In this document: positions 36,607 to 49,389 of the stretch, piece after piece
Position numbering within the stretch: the first letter of the stretch is position 1
How the letters are laid out: the number at the start of each line of letters is the position of its first letter
Assembly (NCBI GenBank): GCA_030390025.1
Contig: CM059438.1
Coordinates: forward strand, 82,460,001 to 82,524,000
From: Squalus acanthias
Lineage: Eukaryota
DNA: 64,000 nt
Reading direction: 5' to 3'
Made by a program: the position numbers and the translations under genes
The notes under the pieces: generated by a model
The model's input: only the letters and a program-made list of their open reading frames with translations
What the model was told of the DNA's origin: nothing
The model's database searches: none

Positions 36607-36901
36607 ATCACACAGAATCACAGAATCCCCACAGTGCAGATAGAGGCCATTTCGGCCCATCGAGCCTGCACCGACACATATCCCACCCTATCCCCGTAAC
36701 CCCACGTATTTAATCCCCCTAACACTAAGGGTCAATTTATCATAGCCGAATCAACCTAACCCGCACATCTTTGGACTGTGGGAGGAAACCCACGCAGACA
36801 CGGGGAGAATGTGCAAACTCCACACAGACAGTCACCCGTGGCCGGATTCGAACCCGGGTCCCTGGCGCTGTGAGGCAACAGTGCTAACCACTATGCCACC
36901 G
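36607..36901 (-). mobile_element. HE1-type V-SINE (elasmobranch), tRNA-derived head with CR1-type tail
   Basis: A box TGGCATAGTGG (36888-36898), B box GGTTCGAATCC (36844-36854), V-domain tgtgtggagtttgcacattctccccgtgtctgcgtgggtttcctcc, tail gggccgaaatggcctct...(GATTCTGT)n. Confidence 0.9.
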
Positions 36902-38718
36902 CTTTATCAATAATTTATTAATTTAATCATTTGCAACTTAAAAATTATTTTTTTGATTGTTTGACCAACATACAATGTTTTTCATTAGAACTAAATGGAT
37001 TAATTAATACATAAGCTTTAATCATTAGGCAAGCAACAACTGATGAAAACTATAGCTTTGCTCGATTTATCAAAAGTTTGCACAACTGTGGGAAATAAAA
37101 CCTGCGTTGAAGACACAAACATCATTACCAAATCATTTACTCAGGAAAAATGTAAGTTGTTACCATTGAACAATTATCATCCTAAAAGTTCTGCTGTTAT
37201 TGCAAAATATGGAAAAGTCAAAAACTCCTGAAATTTTGTAGATTACAATATCCTCTTAACATTTTGACAAGATAAAAATAGTCTGCATTGGTCATCAGAA
37301 AAAAGGGACAAATTCTTGTGTTGCATTAGACTACAATAGCAGATCCATGCCAAAAAACTCTCATCCTTCAATAAGACACAAAAAAGTTTTAAAATTCCCA
37401 ATAGTTACTGTGTTAGTTCCCTTTAATTTACAAATACACAAATTACAACTAGATACAAATTTCGCCACATGAAATTTCATTCGACTCAAAGATATAAAGT
37501 ATTGGTACTGAAAAGGTGAAAAAGAATTCACCTTTGAGTGGGTTGTTGTACTGTAAGAACTAATGAAACTGGATTACAATCAGATTGAGATCCCAGCAAT
37601 CCTTTCCAAATACATAAATGTCTCAGTTTCTACAATTTGTTGAGATCATAAGATTCTTTGATCTGAAAGTCTAGAGATCAGCACCCCTTTCAAATCCAGT
37701 TAAAAGAAATACCATCAACTTCAACATCCTCTTGTTCTCTACTTTCAATTTGAATGTTATTTGTGTTTCAATGCCGAGTACTGATGGTCGCACCAGAGGA
37801 ATTGGTTTGGGGTTGGGGTGGGGGTGTGGGTAAAAGGGAGAGAGAATTACTGAAGCCTGAAACAGCTGAATGCAGTAGATACAAAGAACGTTTTCAATCT
37901 TGTATTTCAACTATGTATGTTAATTCAGCTCCCTCACACTGCCAGGCTCAGTAATTCCTCCTAGTCAGTTGCTCCGATGAAGTAATTAGCACTCAATGAT
38001 TGAAACAAAAGAAAAAAAACACAATCACTGTCAAGGTTAATCATAATTCTTTGCAATGTTTAGGCTTTAAAAGGGCTACTGAAGGCAAAATCCCTCATTC
38101 AAGTCTTGCTTCTACTTGAAATGCAAAGAATATCTATGGTATCTGTCACATGTTTGTCCTAAAATCAATGACATGCATTTCTCCCCCCATCATCTTTTTA
38201 CAGCTAAATCTACAGTGTTAGCTGTTTTGGAGCAAAATTATTCAGATCGCAAAAATGCAACTACACCTCTATAATGGTTAAGGTAGGATTTTTGATCGAG
38301 GATTTTAGAATTAAACAGGCTGAGGCACGTCACTTCAGAGCTAAAGTTGCTGATACTACACTTGCACTGACACCATGTTGAAACAGAAGAGATAAGGAGT
38401 GCCGAGTCAGTTTCTGCCAAAATCGCCTTCAAATTTTCCCTTTTTGCAAAGGAATGTTAAGGCACGTGTTCCTTCGTCAATCACAGTAGTCGCACACAAT
38501 CATTTAATATTTTAGATCAATGATAGTTATCAAAACCTGCCATCTGTATATTGCATTTTTAAAATCATCAGATGAAGTACATTATGTAAATATCCCAAAT
38601 CTTTATAGTTTTAAAAAAAAAGACCACCATTTCAAACATGCATATTTCTAATCAGTGTTTTGCTGACACATGTATTTTGAAAATTAAGCTTGTTCAAAAG
38701 TTAAAAGGTCAAACTTAC

Positions 38719-38826
38719 TGTACTCTCTGACCAGACAGAATTCCAAAGTGCTCTGACTCTCTAAGGTACGATCTAAATCTACAGCTACGTTAGGTTGATT
38801 TTGCTTCTCAAGCCGATACTGATGCC
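38719..38826 (-). CDS. MAPKAP1: MAPKAP1/SIN1 internal coding exon, 108 nt, phase 1-1 (end of Ras-binding-like region)
   Basis: Minus strand ttttttcgttccAG|GG CAT CAG...GAG TAC A|GTAAGT. Translates (G)[35 protein letters not shown](S), matching the recalled vertebrate SIN1 segment [37 protein letters not shown]. Splices in frame to the next exon. Confidence 0.95.
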
Positions 38827-39394
38827 CTGGAACGAAAAAAAGGCCAGCAAATAATGTGAATGAGAAACTTTCATGCTAATTGTGCAGAAACTGTATTTAA
38901 AACACTTCAAAAATCAGGGTATATATTCTCTCCCCCATCCCACTGCAAAAAATGCCATAAGCTGATTATGTATTAAGTATCTTTTCACTGAAATCAGTGG
39001 GAATTTTTATTTTGTGGTCAAGACCTAAAAAGGTAAATTGCTCCATGTACTAAGTGTAACTCAACATAGAATTTGAATATAAAAATGGAGTTTCTGCTGT
39101 GTCGTGCAGCAATTTACAGCAGTCTGCAGACATCAAACTAATTTAAGTAGATTTGGAATTTCTCCTATTTTTTCCTCAGATTCTCTGACTACAGGAAATT
39201 CTGCCCTTGGATGTTACAGTTCTAATCAAAACTCTTGTTCCCTTCTTCTCTAATTTATCTATCCAACCTATTTTTGCATAGAATTTAATAGCTGCTAACC
39301 TGCTCAAGTATTGTGGAATTATCCATAACAAGGACATACCAAGCTCAAATTTAAAATCTTGTTTTCGTCCCTCTCAAAATTTAGTCATCTTTTT

Positions 39395-39810
39395 GCATCA
39401 ATTTTTTCCCTCTCCTGAAGGTGCTGAACTCTTGCTGGGATATGGTTCCATGTGCCAGTCGCCCTCCAGTACCTCACTCAAGTGGCCACGTGAACTTAGG
39501 CATTGGATGCTGGGAGGCTATTGGATTCCAGGGGGCATAAAGCTGATCTGTCCTCACTGAATGTCCACACATATGCTTTTACAGTCGGTAGGTAGGTGGG
39601 TGGGGGAGGGTGTGCTGGATCGTGACCAGAGACATGAACGGTGGTGAACTTCCCCCCCCCCCCACCCCCGACCCAGAAGCACTAACGCACATTCTAGTGC
39701 TCATACCACTGGTCAGCTAGCTCAGCCCGGACCAGAGATTTAACCTGCTGGGCTGGCAGCCTGAATGTATCAGCTGCTCAATACCTGAACCAGCTGAGTC
39801 ACCAGAGCAG
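39395..39810 (-). mobile_element. Old tRNA-headed SINE-like element (same family as 1930, 21540, 46630, 61900)
   Basis: Shares ctctcctgaaggtgctgaactcttgctgggatatggttccatg...cctccagtacctcactcaagtggcc and gtcagctagctcagc motifs. Confidence 0.6.
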
Positions 39811-40104
39811 TCCTATGGCGTCCTTTGAAAATTAAGTACAATTCAGATTCAAATTGCAATCTAATAATAAAATCAATGTTTATAAACGAAGATATTGAGG
39901 ATTTAGCTATACTGGGCCTGTACCACTGTAATGGCACATACCCCCTGCTGCAGCCTTACTCGTGCAGAGTGATGAGGTTGACACACAGCGCACCGTATAT
40001 GATTGCTTTAGAGTGTCACCGGGTTTTATGTAAACAGATGGCGAGCATCATTTACAAAACAATGAAACTTTAACTTGTTAGAAAGCTTTAAAAGTAACAG
40101 ATTG

Positions 40105-40500
40105 AGGGAGTGACTGGTGCAGTTGATAAGAACACTCATTTTTTTTCCTCTTGGCACTTGGATTTGAACCTAGTCCATCCCAGATGAGATAAAAGTGTCC
40201 TGTCTCTGCTTCCACAAGAGCAAAATGAGTTCACTAGTCTCAACATTGTTGCAGTGAGCACAAGCCCTCGTGGTACAAAAGTGAGCAGTTTCACTCATAA
40301 GCCATAAAAGGTGCTGGAATGAGAAATAGAAAGAAGAAATTCGTGCAGAAGGGGGTGATCTTTCTGCAGCTGAGATTGAAGTGCATTGTTGGGGTAATGT
40401 GAAGGAAGCTTTACTCTGTAGCTAAGCTGTCCCTGTTTGACATTGATAATGGTGCCAGAACTGGAAAACAAGTTCCAATCCCCAACATTAGCATAAATAG
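40105..40500 (+). mobile_element. LF-SINE-like element, degenerate
   Basis: ttggatttgaacctagtcc B-box-like, aaatgagttcactagtctca, gattgaagtgcattgttggggtaatgtgaaggaagctttactctg; collinear with the reverse complement of 22440-22808. Confidence 0.45.
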
Positions 40501-43500
40501 CATCTCAAAAGAAAAAATAAGGAAAAGATTTAAAAAAATTAATATTCCTCACCACATGCTCTGTACTATGTGACACTTTTGATTTTTACAATTCAATGTT
40601 GGAAGAGAATACTTCTTTAAATTTCAGCAAACTTTCCATTTTAGTAGCTCTAAAGCTAAACGGATTTAAATTGTCATTTTCCCAAGAGCCATTTATTTTG
40701 GCGAGCTCTATTGATTTTTTTTTATTATTTGGGTGCAGGAAATGCATTTATTTCTGAATAATGGTATGTTACTATTACAACTACCCGCATCTATTACAAA
40801 TACACAACATGAACCAGAACCTTCAAATGAGCCTATTTAGTGATTCAAATAGCATTTCAGAATGATTCTGTAACATGACCACAAACTATTTCTATTTGGA
40901 GCATTCTTCAATTTCATTACATTTTTGAAGCATTAGACCCAAAATATTTTATTTTGATTGTACTGAAATAATCTAACATTGTTTAATTAATATAATTCAC
41001 CAAATTACCCAAATATTACCAACTCTGTCCTATTTGTATATAGTGTAAAAATGCTGCTTTAATCTTTGATGGCTACAGTAACACAAGCTGTCTTTGTAAA
41101 TCAATATAAATTCTGCAAAGTGACAGATCATAATCTGTAAGACACTTTAGGATATTACATGTCAACTGGGGGTTTTACCATATGAGACAGCAGGCACATT
41201 ATTGCAATTGTAGAAAAATCTGTGTATGCATAAACATGCTACAGCATAGAACCGACAGTGTGCAAGTGTTTGCAGACAATAAAAATCACACAGGCTGAAG
41301 CAATGGCTGTCCTTTGGAAATTGCCCATCTCTAAATTACTACAAAGGTCTTGCCTTAAGTACAACAAAGGTCATTGGTTGTGGTTATGTATGATTACTGG
41401 ACGCATTTAACTTGTGATAAGATTACACATATGTAGAGCTGCACATAACTAAAAACACATTTTTCTTTTCCCTTCCATTGCACATAAAGCAAGTTTTCTA
41501 GCAGTACCCATATTCAACATTTCCATTATTTTACAAAATCGGGTAAGATGCTGCTGTGATGGAGCCTTACCTTCTGTTTGGGTGTACAGTTTAGATGACT
41601 CTCCGTGCAGGGAAAAGACAGAGGTTATACTCTTAACAAACCTGACTAAAAAAAAAATTCTGAAAAGGTCTTGGAAACACAACCCATCAATTCTAATTTT
41701 TAAACTTTCACTTTCAGTCAACAACAGAAAAAGGTCCCTTCGAACTTTTATCTTCACTACAAAGTGTTGTTATCTTGTGGTGGTGTCAGGAGCTTTATCT
41801 CTCTTTCAACTGACAACACAGACAATTCAGTTAAAATTGGAAAAGAATCCCACTTCAGTTGAGTAAATAAATAATCAATACTCATCTAAATGTAAATGAG
41901 AAACTAGCCCCCTCTGATAACAGGGTGCTTATCAAAGATCCAATTTTCTCCAGACAGTTGGATGCAACCAAATCACCATCATCCAGTCTTAAACTAATGG
42001 ATAAAAATCGTAACTAAACTGAACAGATCACCAGAGATCAACCAAGTTTCAGGTTTTGGCCACTTCACATTTAACTAGGTTGGCTATCACTCACTTTACA
42101 AACCCTTTTGGTCAGCTTTTCCCTGCTTGAACCATTCAAATCAGCTGCGATCTTCTTACAAATGTGTTAAAAATAACACTTGGGAACATTATAGCCAAAG
42201 CTGTAAATGATGATGAAAGCTGCTCCCTGATATGAGGGCTGATCTTGGTAAATAAAAACAGCAAAGAGCATCCTTTATCGAAAAAAGGTAGGAAATAAAA
42301 GTGTCAAATTTAAGTCCATTTCGATTCCAGTATTCACGTTTCAGGATTCTAATATTAGGTTCAAAGAGTCAACAAGACTAAAATGCTGTTCTGCCACTAG
42401 ATGCCGTTAACATGGTTTGTAAATATGATGCAACATAGTATTCACAACAAAGAATGCAGCTGAGGATTGCCCTTCAATTGCTCAGAGACACAACTTATAG
42501 TATTTCAAAGTCAATGGTAGGGCAGAACAAGAAACACAGCTCGGAGATCGATGAGCGGCCCTATTTCATTTAACAAACACAAAAATCAGCCCATGCAATT
42601 GAAATCGGAATTTGAGCTGCTCCAGACAGCTGCTCCCGAACCCATGAATGCTGAGACGAGCACCAAGTTCACCTCCTTGATACTAATAACGTGCCACCGG
42701 CAGCAGAAGTACCATGTGCCTGCTGCTTATGGCACATCATTAACTTAACTCGAAACTCGGAAAAACACTCCAGTTTGCACCAATCTGACTCTTCGACTTC
42801 CCACACTGCCATCCTTCTAACGAGACCAAGCAACTGGTGAAAATTGTGGATGGGTAACTATTACTGACTGAGGTTTGCTGGGAAAAAATTTAGATACGCA
42901 CAAGAGTTATATATTTGTGTTTGCACTGGGCAGTACTTCAACTTTGAAGTGAATGCATCATAAACTAACCCAGTACACCATGCAGTAAAGCAAACAGACC
43001 ATTTTCATTTTATATATAAATCCTGCTTTTGGGTCAGTTATAATTACATTAATACAATTAATAATATTTCAAATCTCAATTATCCTGGATGATTGAAATT
43101 TTGTTGTGGACTCCAGTGTTAAACTAGAAGTTTATCTAACTGGGCACCCTGGTTAAGACATTTTCAAACAGTAAGTTACGAACAGAAGAACATGCGTGCA
43201 ATTTAATGCTTATTTCTTGCAATATAGTTGCATTTGTATCCAGTAACTAAATAAAATAGAAACACATGGCACCTAGCTTTCAGCTCCAAAATTAAGAGTT
43301 TTAAAATATTAATAATTCTCTTATGCTGTATAATGCTCATTGCTCTAAAGTCTCTTCAGGCAGTAGACAGCCCTGGAGAAACACAGTTAAGATGTCGAGT
43401 GGTTCAAGTCATAGTGCTGTCTGGAGCCAGCACTAGCCAAATGCACGTCAAGAATTTTGCAACTGTTTTGTCAAGAAGTGCTCTTGCAAGGGGGAGGCAT

Positions 43501-46500
43501 GGGGGAAAGGGTCAGTGCATCATCTATTCTGCCCAAGAAATGTATTGAACTTTAGTTTAGCAAGGAGTTGTAATAGAGCCAAATGTGAAGTACATCCAGT
43601 TTATTTGCTTTCTGATTTGAAGGAAACCTGAATTTACATTCAATGTCCTTTGCTATCGGTACCCCACTTTCTTCCTGCCGCTCTTTCTGAATTCAGTTCT
43701 ATGTCATGGAAACAAAATGCAGAGTGACAGGATTTCCAGTTGTGTCAGGGGTTTCTGACATCTGCTCTAGAGCAGTAAAACAACTCCACTTTAAACCAAT
43801 TCCAGCTAACATTCTACTGACAGCTGAAGTGATCTGGGCTGAAAACCTAACTCTCAGTAAATCTAATATAATGAATATTTTTAACATACATTATATTGCC
43901 TTGGGAAAGATACATTTCATGCTGTAAACACTTCTACTCGCTGTGTTAATATCCATGGAAAAAGAAATGGTTTTCACTGCCAAATCAAATACACTCACGA
44001 TAGTTTGTTTCTGCTTTCCAATCTATTTCAAGTATGTGTCATATATCACTATTCTAACCATATCCAAGTTTGAGACTATGCAGTGTATATCAAAACAAAG
44101 AGCTTCTAGGAATGATTTGTTTAAAATAAAATGAACATCTGAGAGTGAAGACTTTAATAACCACAGGGTTTTTGTTTAGAAAATCAAAATGAACGGTAGA
44201 TTACCAAGCAGTAGTGTTGGTTCTACATAAAGCGAATGCAGAGTTCTTTTCTTGGGGAAGATCCTTCTGGTTTTTTTTTAATAACTAAAACGCAGAGAAG
44301 TGTGGGATCACATGTGGCTAGACAGAGACTATCAACCTTCAGAAAACAGAATTATTGTTAAGTACTCCACCTCTTCCTTCAGTATGGATAATTGGCCAGC
44401 GAGAACATATACTGGCAAGCTCCAACTATCAAGAGTAGAAAAAATACGACAGGATAAGAGACGAGGTTAAAATAATAGGCGTAACATTTTATTTGGGGAG
44501 TAGCACAGAAAGGCATCTTTACAACAACCCTACCACTAGCTAAACTGAGCTGCAGAGTAAATTCATTTGGAGAATATGGAGAGAGAAAGAGAAAGAGAGG
44601 GGTCAAAATGACCTTCACACAAATCCTCCAACAAATTAGAAAATGTAGTTGCTGACAATATATTTCTCTAATGAAGTGTGCCTTAATAAAGAAAGGAAAC
44701 GTCTCCATACACAGACCACATGTTACATTCACATTCAACCAGCCACCAAGCCAGCTTTTGCTTCCATATGTAGCTGTAAATCTCAGTCTTTCTGGCATAC
44801 ACACTTGCGTCTATTTCAAATCAGTAACTTTGTATATAGATGTCTGCAACTCAAAGCTTGTCTGTTAGAGTAAAAAAGGGCTGGAAAAAAGAGAGGAAAT
44901 TAGCTGTTAGATATAAAATATAGATTGCACTTTAGAAAAGCTACAACCAGTACTTGCAGTATAAAATTATTTTTACAGAAATCATAGCCACCAAAAAGAC
45001 CATTGCCTGTGGCAAAAACTTCAGTGGATAAATGTCAGCTGCGAGCGGGAGGGGAAGAAGCAAAACAGCTTGTGCAGCATTCCATTTGCACTGGATGGAA
45101 TTCTTGTCTGCTTTAACTCGCACAAAACACTACACACACTCTTGATCGTCAATAGCCTGATTCTGGAGAGGAATATGGCAACCTTCACGTGGTCCTCTCC
45201 GTTAAGTGCTCCAACACGTCCAATACCATCTACATGGCAACCAAATGCTGAACGACAGCTTCCGGGTCCAAAAAGCAACACAGTCGACAAAAGCCTCATT
45301 CTTAAAATGACTAGTTCTGGCTCCAAAAAAAAAGAGAATGTCAATCGTATTTACAGCTTTTTGACGATCTTAGCACGCTGATTGCTGATGTCAGTAGCAA
45401 TGGCGGTGGGAGTCACATCCCCAGTGGAGGGTGACGATGGCGCTTTGGAGGTACAAGTGATCGTGGAGGACAAAATAGTCAAATAGCCAGTCAAGAGTCG
45501 CACAACTTTTGCCACTTCTGGACAAAGTGCAAACTCTGGAACCAAACAAGATCCTCCTGTTTCATGTTTGTAAGAAACACAGCTCGCCAAGGAACGCAGA
45601 GAGAACGACAAAGCAGCTGGGTACAAACAATCAACTGTTGCTTGAAAGAGGTAAAAGCAAGACAGCATTATGAAAAATAACAAAGAATACAAGAAGAAAA
45701 TTGAAGAACATAAACTAAAGGAAGAAAAACAAAAGCAAGACTTCAAGAAAAACCAAACACGAAGCAGGTGTACGTATCATAATTGAGAAGTCAGAGGATA
45801 AAACAGAAGTCCAACAGATGGTCATGGGGTGGAGCACTGCACAGCAATGCAACAATCACTATTGCACTTCAATATACAATCCTGCTTTGTTGAGTCACAT
45901 TTCTAAAATTTGCTATTTTAAAGAAAAATAATCTAACTCATCAGAGTACCAATACAAGTAAAACCAAATTACATAACAGTGACCTCACCATGCCAGATTA
46001 AACCTTACGCCAGCCCGATTTCACCCCCCACCCAACCATGTCGAACTAAAGAGGAAAATTTTGGCTATGCAGGTTATTCATTTGACAGATTGGTATAAAA
46101 AAAACAACCATCACCAATAAAACAAAATATTAAATTTGACTCACTTTTACCTTCCCTACAATTCTGGTAATCTCTCTCCAGGAAAAATGACTGTCAAAAA
46201 TAAATAAACCTGCACATTTTAAAACTTTCTTTGTCTGTTTTGTTTACCTCCAGTTCTTAAACAGCGTTTCAATTCCTTTGTTCCAGTCTAAAAAAAATAC
46301 ATACATGCATTCATACCAGAGTACAGCCAAAACCAACTCCACTTAGGAAGAACTCTAGCAGTACAACCTCTCATATTGCTCGGAGAACTCACCCCTCTAG
46401 CTACAAATTTTGGTGGAACGTGTACAGGGATGTAATTTAACAACACAAATAAGGCTTTGATTATTCCCTACGTCTCCAGGCACAAAGAATGGTAGATAAC

Positions 46501-46634
46501 CTAAAGGTCATACACTAGCACCACTACACAATTGGATTTCAACGATTCCAGGTTTGCAGCAGTGTAAGCACTGACTGATATCAGGAGTGACCTAATGTAA
46601 GTCACTCAAAGTATTGCTGTAAATGGAATTTCTT

Positions 46635-46810
46635 TTCCCCTCAATTTTCTTAGCCAACTTTCTCTCCTTCCCTCATGAGGGTGCAGGCCCTTACCTGGGG
46701 CAAGATTCCATGGGTGCTGAATACCCTTAGATACCTTTCCCAAGTGACCAGTGAGCCTTGACAGTGAATATCTACAGGCTATCTGATCAATCTAAAGCTA
46801 TCCTCACCTA
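46635..46810 (-). mobile_element. 3' fragment of the old SINE-like family
   Basis: gaggtgcaggcccttacctggggcaagattccatgggtgc...atacctttcccaagtgacca matches 39410-39550. Confidence 0.55.
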
Positions 46811-47533
46811 TGCCTTCAATATCTCTTCCTCACTTAATCTTTTCTCTTTCTTTTGCAAAGAATAATTTTTCCACCGATCTTCTCCTCCTTACACTATAGA
46901 TTGCACGTGCCTTCAATTTTCAATTGCACGTACTGGTTTAAGTAAATATTTACTGTAATATTGGTAGATTTGATCACAAATTCAAACTAAGTTGTTTAAA
47001 TGGTGTAAACGAGTTATTGAAGAATTTGTTTGAGGTTTGCGGTATGTGGATGGTGGTCTTCGATGTACCACGGGAGGATAGGGGAGTATAAAAGTGAATG
47101 TTGTGTAGGTTTGCCATTTGATACTTTAAAAGCAATACTCTTCAAATTAAAGTATTCTTTCAATAAAAAGATATACTTTTGTAAATTAAAAACATATAGA
47201 AGATAGAACCCTTTATGTTTATATAAAGCAGATGTTTTAAGTTAAAACTGATGGTATAAAGCATCAGTCATGTTTGGAGCAACAGCAGAGTTGATTATTA
47301 GCCTGTTCATGACTATGGAAAATACAGATCATGTCTCTGAAAAAGCTGGCTTACATACAAAACTGTCTTTATTCATAATGCAACGATTCTTCATAAATCT
47401 GTGGATTGCCTGACATTTAGAATAAACTCTTAGCACATTTGTTGGAACATAAGATGCCATTTAAACTGGTCATAAAAGCTCAATGTATATGCATCACAAC
47501 TGCATAAGAATCCAACATAATATTGTACACATA

Positions 47534-47688
47534 GGGCGGAACTTTCAACTTTGGTGGGGGAGGGGACGTAAACGACCATTGGTAAATTGCATGCCTTCAA
47601 AGGAGAGGAAACTCGGGCGGGATGTATAACGGCAGCCAATCCGTTACCGGCCATTTTACACCTCCCGCCAAAGTTAAAAGTTCCGCCC
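47534..47688. mobile_element. Short MITE (Harbinger-like termini)
   Basis: TIRs GGGCGGAACTTTCAACTTTGGTGGG / CCCGCCAAAGTTAAAAGTTCCGCCC (25 bp, 2 mismatches). Confidence 0.82.
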
Positions 47689-48249
47689 CCTAGATTTAGG
47701 TGGTGGCGGGGGGGGCGGCGGTGTACATTAAATATTTACACAAATTAGGTTTTCTTTAATATATAAAAAGGTGTGTAGAAAAGTGAGATGATGAAATGTG
47801 TGAGGAAAACCTTGTTATTGAACCTCTGCACCAAAGACTGATCTACCCGAGATATGAAGACTACCATGGTTTATACCAGATACCTACATTTAAAAGCTTA
47901 GGTCATATGCAGGGTACCTGACCAACACAAACCCAACACTTTACAGTGATCATTTAGGTTTCTTAGAGTATCTGAGACATACTTTCCAACCCATTCCGAA
48001 CGGGTTAAAGAAATTATAATAGTCTTCAAACACCTTGCTGGCACTTTATTCCATGTTTAGTTGCTTATTAGAGATAAGGCCATTCCCCTTCTTAGGGATA
48101 AAATATGTTAAGGTTAGCTACACATATTTGAAAGTGTATCTGCCTCCCAAGTGAGGTTTAGGATTTTCAAATGAATAAGGCCAGCTCAGGTGCTGTAAAT
48201 CTGCAGAAATTCTCAAATTCCGAGCAACTTTCAACAAGCCACACCACAT

Positions 48250-48815
48250 CGTGAGCAATTTAGTATACTGTATTCGCTGCTCACGATGCGGTCGCCTCTA
48301 CATTGGGGAGACCAAATGCAGATTGGGCGACCGCTTTGCAGAACACCGCCGCTCAGTCCGTAAGGGTGACCCCGAGCTTCCAGTCGCTTATCACTTTAAT
48401 TCTCCGCTTCACTCCCACTCTGACCTCGGCCTCTTACACTGTACCAATGAAGCTCAACCTAAGCTCGAGGAACAGCACCTCATCTTTCGATTAGGCACTT
48501 TACAGCCTTCAGGACTCAACATCGAGTTCAACAATTTCAGACTATAACCCCTGCCCCCCTTTTTTCAGGTTGTATGATTCTGCCATCTCCATTTGCAATA
48601 TTCAATCTTTCCTGCCTCCTACCCTAGCACAGACTGTTCCTTCAGATCCTCCCCACCCACCACCCCCCCTCCTTCCTGCCTCCGCACCTGCTTAAAATCT
48701 GTTACATCGCTAGCCTTTTCCAGTTCTGAAGGAGGGTCCCAGACTTGAAACGTTAACTCTGTTTCTCTCTCCACAGATGCTGCCTGGCCTGCTGAGTGCT
48801 TCCAGCATTTTCCAT
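48250..48815 (+). mobile_element. Penelope-like element 3' part encoding GIY-YIG endonuclease, followed by a hammerhead variant (48722-48758)
   Basis: ORF 48251..48547 SNLVYCIRCSRCGRLYIGETKCRLGDRFAEH...VAYHF...EQHLIFRLGTLQPSGLN has the VY-C-x2-C-YIG, R-EH, H-F and GLN motifs of PLE endonucleases. Downstream AGUU-CUGAAGG-A-GGGUC(CCA)GACUU-GAAACGUU-AACU has A9>G. Confidence 0.93.
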
Positions 48816-49389
48816 TTGCTATATGGTTTGTTTACTTGACTCTGGGAAAGAGACACTTCAAGTATTGATTTACCCCCTGCTGAGAGAAGTTTTCTAAAAA
48901 TATTTTCTGGGATATGTTTGGTTTGATGAGTTAGCCCTGACATCCACTGCCTTGGGGCCATGAATGGAGCATTTTCTGGCAGGACATGGCCAGAATGTGT
49001 GGTTATAGAGAGTTCCCATCCCTTCTTTTACCATTATAAATTCCAGCAATGGGGAGGAGCACATAATATGCAGACATAAAATGATGTCATGCAAATGAAG
49101 AAAATACATCAAAGGAAATATTTCCTACATCTCTGCCAGAGTAAAGTTGGGTGCAAGAAATGCCTCGAGTCCCTGACATCCAGCACGAAGAGCCATTACG
49201 GAGAATTTTAAAATTCCCTTTACCTTCAGAACCGTCATTATCAACTACCTGCTGAAAACAAAACACTCTTGGCCCATCTGTCCACTTCAAGTACTGTTCT
49301 ATATCAAAAACTTGCATTCCGCTCCACGATCCTTTAACACGTCAAGGCCATCTGGCTCAGAGACTGCCCTAGGAAAAAAAATCACCAAT

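Noticed and set aside
36840-36901. tRNA-like A and B boxes
   Set aside because: Head of the HE1-type SINE, not a tRNA gene; no full cloverleaf.
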